This document shows, piece by piece, positions 35,633 to 47,923 of a stretch of 64,000 bases of DNA; the stretch's first letter is position 1, and each line of letters begins with the position of its first letter. Position numbers and translations under genes: made by a program. The notes under the pieces were generated by a model. The model worked only from the letters and a program-made list of their open reading frames with translations, was not told the origin of the DNA and did not search any database. The stretch comes from Leucoraja erinacea (lineage: Eukaryota): NCBI RefSeq assembly GCF_028641065.1, contig NC_073387.1, positions 37,820,001 through 37,884,000 on the forward strand, written 5' to 3'.

Positions 35633-37629
35633 AATGAGCTATGTACCTGCACTACATATTTATCAAGGTTGCCTTCAAATGTATCGAGCATATTTGTCTA
35701 AACTGCTGCATATGCTAGCAAGTGCCACGTTCTTGATTGAGTGATGAACTTTCTCTGTAATTTAATGCAATCCACTATTTTAAAGAAAAAAAATCAGAAC
35801 CCCTCATTATTATTCTTTTCAGTCTTTCTTTAACATAAATGATGTACCCAAATACTGTATGTAGCATTATTACTTTAATTACACTATTATTTTATAAGGA
35901 AAAGTTTTGTTTTACTGCAGCTACACTTATTGGTATGCTTTGATTCAATTAAGATTGATAAGTGCCATAACATTATCTGAACTAAAGATGATTCTCACTG
36001 GGGGGTTATTAAGGTTGGAATATACAGCAAATAAAGAAGTATTCACAAACTATTTATGCAAGAGATAATAGATAAAATAATTGATCGTCTTTTATTTCCA
36101 ACTCAAATATATTCTATGTGCTGCATAATTTGTCACCTTATTTACTTATGATCTTCATGACTGCATTGATCATGATGATTTGATGTCTATAACCACCAGA
36201 TCCAAATATATTCAACTGTTTTATGTAGAAAGGATAATTATGCATAACACTGCACATGCTCTTGATTACTTGACATATTGTAACAATAGCAATGATCTAA
36301 CAAAACCAAATAATAAGCAGTTGCAATATCATACATACGCAACAGAAAGTTCGATTTGTCCATTTTTAAAATTGTCTTCTTAATTATTTGCTTTGTGGAG
36401 ATGGATTCCATGCACCCTGGTAAAATGCCATCCACATGATTAAATAATGCAGGAAATACACCTTCTTCAGCAAACCAAAAAGCCTTTTTTAATCACTCAG
36501 TAGAAATCTTTAAGAAGAATAAGCATTAATGATTTTGAACTTAAACAATAAAGGCAATTTTCCATATCATTTTCTACCTTCATTCGGATGACATGGCCTG
36601 CCCTTTAAACTATGTTAACCCAGAATAAAATGAAAGCTTGTTTTGTTGGAAAGGAGACGCAAACAGCTTTTGATTTTTATTGACTGTGGTTTTACTTCAG
36701 ATGCTTTAAGCTTAAATCCTGCATTTTCTCTCCTTGTAGATCGAACCTTTGAAGTCACAATTATGCTCCATAACTCTTATCACCTTAAACTGCAAGCGTT
36801 TCAACCACTTACTGTTGCTATACCCTCAGATAGAACAATGTTTACATGAAAATGTAAATAATTTATTTATCATGGCTCCTTAAGATAAACTGTGTATGTA
36901 CGGAGACCTTTCATTGGGTTAATGGTCGGGTATTATTGATTACGTTTGTTGGCATTCAATTATGCATAGCATTCGAAGTGGTCCTATTTTGTCAATATCT
37001 TTAATCTTTTGCACTTTGTAAAAGTGGGAAACAGAAATGGTTTTACTTTGTGTCGTTTTTGAAGTCTCCACATGGTAACAATTATCATAACCTTTCCCTC
37101 TGATTTGTTTTAACAGATACATCATTTTGTTCCAATCCAACACAAAACGTCTTAACTTGACTTTTGAGAGCATGCAGGACTGGACAGGCCTCACTATGGA
37201 CCAGCTTTGCATTTAATGTGATGGAAATGTATGCAGTGTACCCTCTTATACTGGTGTAGATGTCTCTAAACAAATCATAATATTTTCCCCAACAATATGG
37301 CGTTAAGACTTCAAACCATAAGTATTGAAGTAATTCTCAATAGCTTTGAGTTGTTTCAGTATGTAATTCCCACAAAGGTTGTCCTCTTTTTGTAGTTTGA
37401 TAAGATGATAAACGGCTATATTCATTGGCTACTGTATTTCTGCGTGCACCCTGTTCTTAATGTCTGTAAAATCTCACTAGAATAACTTTTCAGTTTGACT
37501 GTGCTTTTTGTCAATGGTATCAAGTGAATGTCCTGATTCATTATCAGTCTATGGCATAATTCATGTCAATGCTCTAGTTTTAATAAGTGCCTTGATTCAA
37601 GATTTTGTCTGCTGCTGACACCGTACAAT

Positions 37630-37805
37630 TAGGGTTGCCAACTTTCTCACTCCCAAATACGGGGAAAAAGGTCAAAATAAGGGCCAAATTCACAACGGCA
37701 ATTCGTTAACTTAGCACGCGACGTCGCGTGGCCCAGGCCAAAACTCCTCCGTTGGCCCGCCGGCTGGGCTTTGTGTTCCGCTGCATGCAAAGTCTGGCAC
37801 CCCAT
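37630..37805. mobile_element. Possible truncated hAT-type DNA transposon end
   Basis: Starts TAGGGTTGCCAAC, a hAT-like terminus; CpG-rich; only a degenerate second end and no 8-bp TSD. Confidence 0.4.
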
Positions 37806-38027
37806 CCAACTCATGAACCGATGATTGTCATTACAAGTTAGCACAAGAGTTGCTCTTGTTGCTTGTCTTATCCTTGGATCCACAATCTGTCAAAGGAGAT
37901 CTTTATTTTCTAACTATCTGTTGAACCTGTCCTTGTCAGTTCTAAACTGCCAAGACTGTGATGAGCAACAGCCGTTCCAGTGATATCAGTTGGCTGTATT
38001 GTTTCACTAATATATTTCAGACGTAAT

Positions 38028-38337
38028 TTTAGTTTAGTTTTGAGATACAGCATGGAAACAAGCCCTTCGGCCCACTGAGTCCACACCGACCAGCAATCCC
38101 CGTACATTAACGCTATCCTACACACATTAGGGGCAATTTACAATCATATTAAGCTTAGTAGCCTACAAACCTGTACGTCTTTGAAGTGTGGGAGGAAACC
38201 GAAGATCTCGGAGAAAAACCAAGTTGGGCACGGGGAGAATGTACAAACTCCGTACAGGCAGCACCCATAGTCAGGATCAAACCAAGGTCTATGGCACTAA
38301 GGCAGTAACTCTACCGCTGCGCCACCGTGCTGCCCCC
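38028..38337 (-). mobile_element. HE1-like SINE, full length
   Basis: tRNA head, central region and (ctaaa) tail. Confidence 0.88.
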
Positions 38338-38457
38338 AATCCTGTGCTGTAATCTAGTGGCACTGGACATTGTTATCACTCTAAGTGCAGACTGCAACTA
38401 AATAAACCTTTTGAAGTGGAGAAAATTCTCTCGCATTGTTGAATACTATTCCCATTA

Positions 38458-38900
38458 AGGGAGAGGTTGAGTAGGCTGGGACTAATCCCTGGAGCACAGA
38501 AGGATAAGAGGTGATCTTATAGAGATGTATAAAATCATGAGAGGAATAGATAGGGTAGATGCACAGAGTCTCTTGCCCAGAGTAAGTGAATCAAGGACCA
38601 GAGGACAAAGGTTTTAGGGTGAAGAGGAATAGATTTAATCGGAATCTGAGGGGTAGCTTTTTCACATGAAAGGTGATAGGTGTATGGAACAAGCTACCAG
38701 AGGAGGTAGTTGAGGCTGGGACTATCCCAACACTTAATAAGCAGTTAGAAGGTATAGGGATAGGATAGTTTTGGTGGGATATGGACCAAACGCAGGCAGG
38801 TGGGACTAGTATAGCTGGGCCATGTTGTCCAAGGTGGGCAAGTTGGGCTGAAGGGCCTGTTTCCACACTGTATCCCTATATGACTCTATGACTCTATGAC
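38458..38900 (+). mobile_element. CR1 3' end, second subfamily sharing its 3' end with the HE1-like SINEs
   Basis: gggctgaagggcctgtttccacactgtat + (ctatga)n tail. Confidence 0.85.
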
Positions 38901-39026
38901 ATTTTGTCAACAATTACTTCCTACACAATAGTCATGTTATGTTGGCTGTGTATTGCAATTAAATCCAAATTCATCTATTTTTTTGCAAGCATGTTAAATT
39001 CACTGCATATCTTGCCTGTGATGGTA

Positions 39027-40574
39027 TAGGCTGTGGGCCGAGCATCGAAAATGTGTCTAGAATTTAACTTTTGTGATCCATGTCTCGGAACTACATTAAA
39101 TTTTGCACAGATTTAGATAAAATATAATTGAGAAGGAAGTCATAACTCATCAGTGTCAAATGTTGCACATTAATTAATTAAACTAATTAGAAAATGAGAT
39201 CGAAAAAGTAAGCGCCATCTAGTGTTCAATGCCCATATTACACCATGGGAGCCTAATTCCATGCTGCGGTCTATTTAAACCATTTTTTATACCATATGTA
39301 TATTATATATGACGTGAATATGACTGTAATCATATATAATTATGTATTTTGGCTAATTATGTATAATTATATTATATAAAAATAATATAATGAATATAAT
39401 TGTGTGTGTATTTTGAAAGAGACTGCCGCAGAGGTCCGGCTCCTGAACCCGCCTAATTAATGGGTAAATGAAGTTCATGTGGGTTCCCCCGTTTACTGAA
39501 CCCCACTGACTGCCAGTGTGCAGAGTGGGGGTCACAGCCATAGTGGGACTGGGGCAGTGGCAGGCTGAGGGAAGTCTAAGGCATCTTCCACTGACAGGAA
39601 AATGCCTAACCCTAACCCTAACCCTAACTCGCCCCCCTTCCAGGGCTGCCCACAGCTGGAGCTGGAGCCACTTTGGGACCGGCTGCGGGCTCCATATGTG
39701 TGGCCCCGCAGCGCGTCCACCTCGGCCAGCATGTCCTTCTGGATCATCGTGGTGTTGATGGTGGGGAGCAGCACTGCCCTGCACGCCACCGGGGACGCCT
39801 TTAGCACCCCCATAGGGCCGGCTCCGTCAGACCGCCCACTCGCTCACTGCAACACCAGCCAAGTGACAGCCTGACTGACCACATGCCGCACACACCAGCC
39901 ACTGACCACTCGCAGCACCCACTGGCAGCCCGTCCTGATCGACCACTCTCAGCACCCACCGGCGGCCTGACCGACCATTACTCTCAGCACCCACCGGCAG
40001 CCCGACGGCCCGACAGCCCGACCAATCCTCCACGGCATCCATCTGACAGCCCGACCGACAGACTGATCGACTGACTGATTGACTGACTGACTGACTGACT
40101 GACCGACCGACTGACTGGCCGACCAACTGACCCTAACCCTAATCCTAACCCTAGCTCTACATTTGTTATTTATTATTTTTATTTAACAGTTCACATCATA
40201 ACTTTATAAAGATAAATCAATTGTAAAACAAAATTATAAGCAAGGTTAGCATTACCTTTATTCCTTGCTAACCTTGCAATTGTTTTGATGTAATTAGGGG
40301 CAGCCATGATCCCAGGGTCTTCGCTGCATAGCAACCATAAAACAAAGCGCGGGATTGGTCAATTTGCGTCCGACCTCAATATCAAACGTGATTGGACAAT
40401 TACTACTCGGAAAATTTGAGGTTTTTCTCATATTTAAAAAAATATGCGCAAGCTTTGGTCGACGTGTTTCAGGTAAGATTTATATAATATTTTCACACAA
40501 TATGTTAAAAATTCAGGTGGTTCTGTGAGTTAGTTCACGAACTTGAACGAAAAAGCTCCTCGGCCCACAGCCTA
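39027..40574. mobile_element. Non-autonomous TIR DNA transposon (possibly Academ-like)
   Basis: Perfect 16-bp TIR TAGGCTGTGGGCCGAG at 39027-39042 and 40559-40574; 3-bp flank GTA on both sides; no transposase ORF. Confidence 0.8.
40055..40153. repeat. (GACT/GACC)n microsatellite followed by (CCCTAA)n
   Basis: Direct reading of the sequence. Confidence 0.9.
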
Positions 40575-41066
40575 GTAGTAAGCCATAAACCCCATAATAG
40601 TCATATTGATCCTCTGACAATCAAAAAGGAAAAGGGTTTTACATAATTCATGATACAGAAAGCTCTGAATTCAACAACATGTTGTTGGCCATGCAGTTTA
40701 ATGATGCATGCAGAAAATATTTGGAGGCAAATAAAATCAGTGAGCATGCAATGACTGAAAAAGACATTTCGCAGAGGAGTTTCCAATCCAGTAATTAAAA
40801 CAAGTTAAATAGTCAAATCCAGTTCTATTCCAAAGAGTTTAAATGTTGGTGGGGAATCAAAGGCACACCAAATGTTCATGCTTAAGAACAAATGAAAATT
40901 ATATCAACAAACTATCTCTACCGTTTTATAACATGCAATAAATTTCCACATGAAATGTGGGTCTGCCATGCAGATAGAAAACCAATTTTCACTGCTTTTT
41001 TCACTCACATTGTTGACCTTTTGCTCTAGTTGACATTTTTATTTGGTAAGTTGGTTTACTGGTTAG

Positions 41067-41214
41067 TGTAGGAAATAACTGCAGATGATGGTTTAAATCG
41101 AAGGTAGACACAAAATACTGGAGTAACTCTGGCAGTATCTCTGGAGAGAAGGAATGGGTGACGTTTCGGGTCAAGACCCTTCTTCACACCTTAATCCAGC
41201 ATTTTGTGTCTACC
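41067..41214. mobile_element. Penelope pseudo-LTR derivative
   Basis: actgcagatgatgg...gtagacacaaaatactggagtaactc...gacgtttcgggtcaagacccttcttca. Confidence 0.8.
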
Positions 41215-41389
41215 TTTTTTTTTTAATAGTATTTTTATTAGAAGCAGTGTACAGTAGTATAAACCGCGGCATATGACAAAATACATTTATTGTACATTTC
41301 CATTTTTATTTTAATTTGACAAAAATGAAATAAAAGAGAAAACGAGCAAGAAAGTGAGAGAGTGAAAGAGCTAGTGAGTGTGTAAACCC
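41215..41389 (-). mobile_element. Short poly(A)-tailed retroposed insert (L1-type 3' UTR)
   Basis: Poly-T and tttatt at the left end; 12-bp TSD tttgtgtctacc at 41203-41214 and 41390-41401. Confidence 0.75.
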
Positions 41390-41664
41390 TTTGTGTCTAC
41401 CCTGAAGGACATAAATACATATATCAATTCAACCAAACTCTCAACACATTTCATCACCATGGACATTAGTGCCACGGATAGTTAGTCATTTAGGCATGTC
41501 ACCTTACTATTCTTGTGCACGTATTATTGATGTTCTTTTAAACCAGGTGGGAAGCTTGGACCTTAGTAATGACAGGTTGAAATTTTCCGTAAAAACTCCA
41601 ACCAGTTGGTCCATGCAGGTTTTATGAATGTCAGGTACATCATTGGGTGTGGACACTTTCCAAG

Positions 41665-43445
41665 GGTTCATCATGGGGAACCAGGATATGGCGGACCAAT
41701 TGAATAACTACTTTGGTTCCGTCTTCACTAAGGAAGACATAAATGATCTGCCGGAAATAGCAGGGGCCCGCGGGTCAAAGGAGGTGGAGGAATTGAGTGA
41801 AATCCAGGTTAGTCGGGAAGTGGTGTTGGGTAAATTGAATGGATTAAAGGCCGATAAATCCCCAGGGCCAGATAGGCTGCATCCCAGAGTACTTAAGGAA
41901 GTAGCTCCAGAAATAGTGGATGCATTAGTAATAATCTTTCAAAACTCCTTAGATTCTGGAGTAGTTCCAGAGGATTGGTGGGTAGCAAACGTAACCCCAC
42001 TTTTTAAGAAGGGAGGGAGAGAGAAAGCGGGGAATTACAGACCAGTTAGCCTAACATCGGTAGTGGGGAAACTGCTAGAGTCAGTTATTAAAGATGGGAT
42101 AGCAGCACATTTAGAAAGTGGTGAAATCATTGGACAAAGTCAGCATGGATTTACGAAAGGTAAATCATGTCTGACGAATCTTATAGAATTTTTCGAGGAT
42201 GTAACTAGTAGCGTGGATTGGGGAGAACCAGTGGATGTGGTGTATCTGGACTTCCAGAAGGCTTTCGACAAGGTCCCGCATAAGAGATTAGTATACAAAC
42301 TTAAAGCACATGGCATTGGGGGGTTCAGTATTGATGTGGATAGAGAATTGGCTGGCAAACAGGAAGCAAAGAGTAGGAGTAAACGGGTCCTTTTCACAAT
42401 GGCAGGCAGTGACTAGTGGGGTACCGCAAGGCTCAGTACTGGGACCCCAGCTATTTACAATATATATTAATGATCTTGATGAGGGAATTGAAGGCAATAT
42501 CTCCAAGTTTGCGGATGACACTAAGCTGGGGGGCAGTGTTAGGTGTGAGGAGGATGCTAGGAGACTGCAAAGTGACTTGGATAGGCTGGGTGAGTGGGCA
42601 AATGTTTGGCAGATGCAGTATAATGTGGATAAATGTGAGGTAATCCATTTTGGTGGCAAAAACGGGAAAGCAGATTATTATCTAAACGGTGGCCGATTGG
42701 GAAAGGGGGAGATGCAGCGAGACCTGGGTGTCATGGTACATCAGTCATTGAAGGTAGGCATGCAGGTGCAGCAGGCAGTAAAGAAAGCGAAGGGTATGTT
42801 GGCTTTCATAGCAAGAGGATTTGAGTGCAGGAGCCTGGAGCGTTTGGCCCACATCCCTCGAAACCTACCCTGTCCATGTATTATGTACTATGTACTTGAG
42901 AGTGTTTGATCCTCTGGTCCTGCAGGACAATTGGTGGTGGTGGTTAGGAGATGACTTCTTCAAACAAGGCTGTTGAAGTTCTCAACTATAATGAGAAAAG
43001 CGCCGGGATACGCCGTCTGGGATTTGAAGACCATGCGTGCAGCTCCACCGGTGCTAGCGGAATGTCTGCCAGCCACAGTCAGGCTAGATGCAGGAAGATT
43101 GTTTTGGAAGTTTTGGGGAAGTCCAGGACTAGGGGTTCACATATTAAGGGAAGGGGGAAATTTGGGCTGGAAAACTGAGATGAGGAAAGCTTTTTTTTCA
43201 CACAGAGAGTGGTGAATCTCTGGAACTCTCTGCACACAGAGGGTAGTTGAGGCCAGTTCATTGGCTATATTTAAGAGGGAGTTAGATGTGGCCCTTGTGG
43301 CCAAGGGGATCAGAGGGTATGGAGAAAAGGCAGGTACGGGATACTGAGTTGGATGATCAGCCATGATCATAATAAATGGCGGTGCAGGCTCGAAGGGCCG
43401 AATGGCCTACTCCTGCACCTAATTTCTATGTTTCTATGTTTCTAT
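41665..43445 (+). mobile_element. CR1 (HER1-like) LINE, 5'-truncated
   Basis: KSPGPDRLHPRVLKE, NYRPVSLTS, QHGF, FADD; frameshift at ~42320; aberrant segment ~42833-43079; (tttctatg)n tail. Confidence 0.95.
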
Positions 43446-44389
43446 CCTCAAGAAGCATCTTCTGACATTGTCCCTGCTGACTGAGTTTACAGTATACAGT
43501 GTTGCCAGGGTCTATGGCTGCCTGAGAAAGTACATTGATGTTTTCCCTTTCAATGTGAGCATAGAAAACGTTGAGCTCATCTGATGAGTGATGCCTTGAT
43601 GTGTCGATTCAGCTGCCACGGTTTAACTTTGTAGGAAATGATGGCATGCAAGCTCTGCCTCAACTGCCAAACCATCTCATCCCCCAGTTTGGAGAAAAAG
43701 TGCATCTTTGCTTTTCTGATGGATATCGATATTGTACCTGGACCTCCTAAATGTTTAAGGAAATGTTGTTTTACTATTCTGAATATGTATGTGCCTACAA
43801 AGTGAATCTATCTTTTTTTTTAAAATCGCACACATTGAAATGATTTATCGCTGCGTGTGATTTACAATAATCTGCCTGAGGTTTTCCTGGCATTAGAGGT
43901 GAACCTATTGATGGCATCCAGTGTGCAGTGCCAATTTTCATCATTATAAATATACAGTGCAGCTCATTCAGTGCATTGTTCAGTGACTGAACAATGCAAC
44001 CTAAAACCATTTCTTGGCGCTCCCCAAAAAATAAGTAATAAACTCCACAGATGCTGAACAAAGAGACATGTCAGTGTGACATCATTATTTTGATCACAGC
44101 ACCTGTCAATGTTGGTTACCTGTACATAAGCATCATTGTGTTCATTTTCTTGATGAATGCAACATTTTTAAGTTGTGTTCTTCAGTGCAAGATGCTGTAA
44201 TCTCCAGGTGAAGAGGCAAGAGAGTCAAGAGTGCTTTATTGTAATATGTTCCAAACAGAACAATGAAATTCTTACATGCAACAGCACAACAATTTCTGCC
44301 TGATTAATCAGTCTGTACACTCAGTCGCTTGGCACCATTTGCAGCACAGGATGCAATTAGGCAGCTGACTGTGTGGGCCTGGGGATTCA

Positions 44390-44520
44390 AGACTGAGTAG
44401 AGTCATACAGAATTAAAACAGGCCCTTCAACCCAACTTGCCCATACCGACCAAGATACCCCATCTTCACTAGTTCCACCAGCCTGTGTTTGGTCCATATC
44501 TCTCTAAACCTGAACATATA
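44390..44520 (-). mobile_element. CR1 extreme 3' end
   Basis: Reverse complement of the ~38770-38890 type of 3' end. Confidence 0.65.
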
Positions 44521-44632
44521 CCTGTGCAAATGTGACTGAAGAGAATGGTTTACTTCATCTCACCAGCTTTTCCCTCACTTCTCTGCTGCTTTTCTTGGAG
44601 CTGCTCTGTGCCTGCCAAGGAGAGTATTCGTT

Positions 44633-44978
44633 GCCAAGCTGGCCATCCGAGAGTCAAGGCGCCAGACGGTGGAGGGCTCTACCCGAGCCGGCTGCCTGCC
44701 CCTTTTCCGGGGATACGTCCGTGCCCGGGTGCGGATAGAAAGAGAATACGCCCTGTCTACAGGCACCCTGAGGGAGTTCCGGGACCGCTGGGTACCGAGG
44801 GGGGTTGAATGTATCCTGGACAAGGATTGCAATATAGTTGTTTAGCAGTTGCTTAGCATATTTGTTCGTCTTGTATTATGGTGGTGCTTTGTTTTATTGT
44901 ATTGTAAATACTATTTTAATATTTGAATAAATATTTTTGATTAAAACATTTTTTTTTTTAAATTAAATTAAAAAAACA
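44633..44978 (+). mobile_element. Tx1/L1-clade LINE 3' end
   Basis: AKLAIRESRRQ...CLPLFRGYVRARVRIERE...FRDRW C-terminus, AATAAA, A-rich tail; TSD agagtattc(g/a)tt at 44621-44632 and 44979-44990. Confidence 0.8.
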
Positions 44979-47017
44979 AGAGTATTCATTAAGGCCTAAC
45001 CATGATAATCAGAGCAGAGCTGATTTTACAGCTTTGACTGGGAATTAACAGGTAATATATCAGTACATGATTCTGGATAAAAACTTTTATTTACTTATTG
45101 TGTTTTCTCCTCATTTTCCTGATTTCGCCCAACTGTGCATCAGAGCTACATGCAACACCCGATCAATGCTATTTTCTAAGTCACAGTCCTTTTTAAAACA
45201 TATTGTCAAAGACATCCGGTATAATCTCATTGCTTAGTGTTCATAACCCAGGTCGGATCTCTAAGACTTTATGCAGATATTTAAGATTTATCTATCTGAT
45301 TGGTTGAAAAAACATGCTGTTTCTTTTCCCTGTGGGAAAATGGCTCACTAATCAAAGCAAGCTTTTACACAAATGAAAAACATGAGAAGATTATGGTACA
45401 CAGTAGGCTTCACAAACTCCAGGCCTCACTGCTGCTCCCATAGCCTGGCACCAATGTGTACGTCAACATGCAGTAGTAACTTTGACATTCATATCTGACT
45501 CTCTTATGTAAATCAATCAATGCTTAACAGTGATGTCCAAAAAAAATCTGATTAATATCTCAGGCGCAAGGAACTTTTAAAAAGATAATAGATCATTTTG
45601 TCCAAAACACTCAAGTACAAAATTGTACTAGCATAAAAAATGTTGAAAGCACATTGATTGCAATTTATTGAAATTAAAAGCGTCAGATTCTGAAATGGAC
45701 ATTTTTCTAATGGTCATTGTTATGCTAATGTTAGTAAGGAATTGTCTCCAGCCACCAAGTCAAAACATAAAATCAATGTCAGGTGAGTAATTGGTAAAGT
45801 CATGCCTGAATATTTAAAAAAAATACCATCATGTCTAAGTATATTTCCAGAGAATTCTACTGACTAATAATTTCTGCATTCATAAATAAACAGATTGATT
45901 TGTGTAGACCTACGTTTGCTGCCTTTTGAAAAACAGTTACAGCTTCTTTCATCTGAGTGAATTTTTTTGCAGCAGATTAACATATGCTGAATGTTTTTTA
46001 TTCCAAACCCAACTCCCACACACTTATTACTTCCCACTTCCCATTTCTGTACACACGACTTATTTTCACTCAGCTTAATTTCACTTCAATTCCAAGTAAA
46101 TTATTCCATTTCACTTTCCTTCGCTTCATTCCGCATGAATCCATTTCATTACTTGACTGTTTCACCTTTCCTTGCTCCACACAACTCCATTTTACTCTCT
46201 AATGCTTAACTCCACATGAATCCCTAGCATCTCATCACCTCATAGGATATCATTCCTTTTCGTTTGTTTGAAACTGTTTCATTTGTGACGAAGCAGAGTT
46301 CACACCAGATAAACATAAAATTAATTTCTATTGCCCATAAATCTGAATATGATATTCAAGGCAGAAAGGTTTATATTGTAATTCCATTTATTGTTTGCCA
46401 GAGAGAAAACAGGCTATATGATATTGAAAGGGGGAAAATCCATTCCGATTGGAGTTTTAATAATTACACTTACAAGTTGTAAAAGCGATCTTACAATTAA
46501 TATTTTTATAAATTAAATGCACAATGCAATCAAGTTTCAAGGTAACCAACTAACACAGGGTTTAATAACATCAACATAGAAAATAAGGAAATTCCACCAG
46601 TTCTAATAAGCTTTCATTCTGAGGCATTGGGTTTTAGCCTAACTCCAATTTAATACATGGCAGATCTCAGGAGATCAATATAATGGATTTCATCATTAAA
46701 GTCAGTTGAAGAAGGGATCATTTCGTTTTGAAGAATAGATGGACTTTGAAGCTGGGAATGTACAAATTGTCTGAAGAGCTACAGGGCACTTCCAAGTTAC
46801 TCCGTGAAGAACTGACATAAAGACATCAGTCAAAATGATAGAACAAAATCAAGAAATCATGGAGGACTCACATCAAACATTTTTCTAATGCAACTTACAG
46901 TAAATGCTCCTGGAACAGAATTGTTCTTGAAATAATTATCACTGCTGCCAGAATTACATAGTGGAAGTACCAATTAGTGGAAGGATATGAAACCACAGAT
47001 CCATTCTGGTACAGAGT

Positions 47018-47525
47018 ACAGTACAGAGAAGGTTCACCAGACTGATTCCTGGGATGGCAGGACTTTCATATGAAGAAAGATGATAGACCCGGCTTGTACA
47101 CGCTAGAATTTAGAAGATTGAGGGGGGATCTTATAGAAACTTACAAAATTCTTAAGGGGTTGGACAGGCTAGATGCAGGAAGATTATTCCCGATGTTGGG
47201 GAAGTTCAGAACTAGGGGTCACAGTTTAAAGATAAGAGGGATGTCTTTTAGGATCGAGATGAGAAAATCATTTTTTACACAGAGAGTGGTGAATCTGTGG
47301 AATTCTCTGCCACATAAGTTGATTGAGGCCAGTTCATTGGCTATATTTAAGAGGGAGTTAGATGTGGCCCTTGTGGCTAAAGGGATCATGCGGTATGGAG
47401 AGAAGGCAGGGTGGGATACTGAATTGGATGATCAGCCATGATCATATTGAATGGTGGTGCAGGCTCGAAGGGCCGAATGGCCTACTCCTGCACCTATTGT
47501 CTATGTTTCTATGTTTCTATGTTTC
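47018..47525 (+). mobile_element. CR1 (HER1-like) 3' fragment
   Basis: LEFRRLRGDLIETYKIL...FFTQRVVNLWNSLP; (tttctatg)n tail. Confidence 0.92.
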
Positions 47526-47923
47526 TCCTTTGCTTCCATGGTGCCAATACTGTCAAGCTTAAGTTTTTTTTTATTGTATGGCTGTATGGGAATTTCATTT
47601 CACTGTGCCATCTGGCACATGTGACAATTAAATGTATCTTGTATCTTGCATCGTGTATCTTGTTTTGTATGAAGCTTCCTGTGAAACTTGTTTCCCTCTT
47701 ATGCAAAGAGAGGAAATTATTCTGACCAATGCAAACATGTTTTATTTTGTTTTGTTTCAGACTAAATTAACTTCTTTCCATTGGAATGTAGCACTCTTGA
47801 ACACAATAGTATTTTTGGAAGATATGGATCTAAAAAAAGTCCGATTTTTATTATGCATAGAATTAATCACATCATTTATTGCAAACTTTACCAACCTGCT
47901 TTGGGCATAAATCTCAATTATAT

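Noticed and set aside
35432-35701. His/Thr/Pro-rich ORF
   Set aside because: It is the translation of a hexamer microsatellite
36940-37212. IRGKGYDN resembling the hAT transposase RGQGYD motif
   Set aside because: A single short motif with no other transposase blocks recognisable
39605-39627. Interstitial telomere marking a chromosome fusion
   Set aside because: Only about four units, in one orientation, inside a transposon
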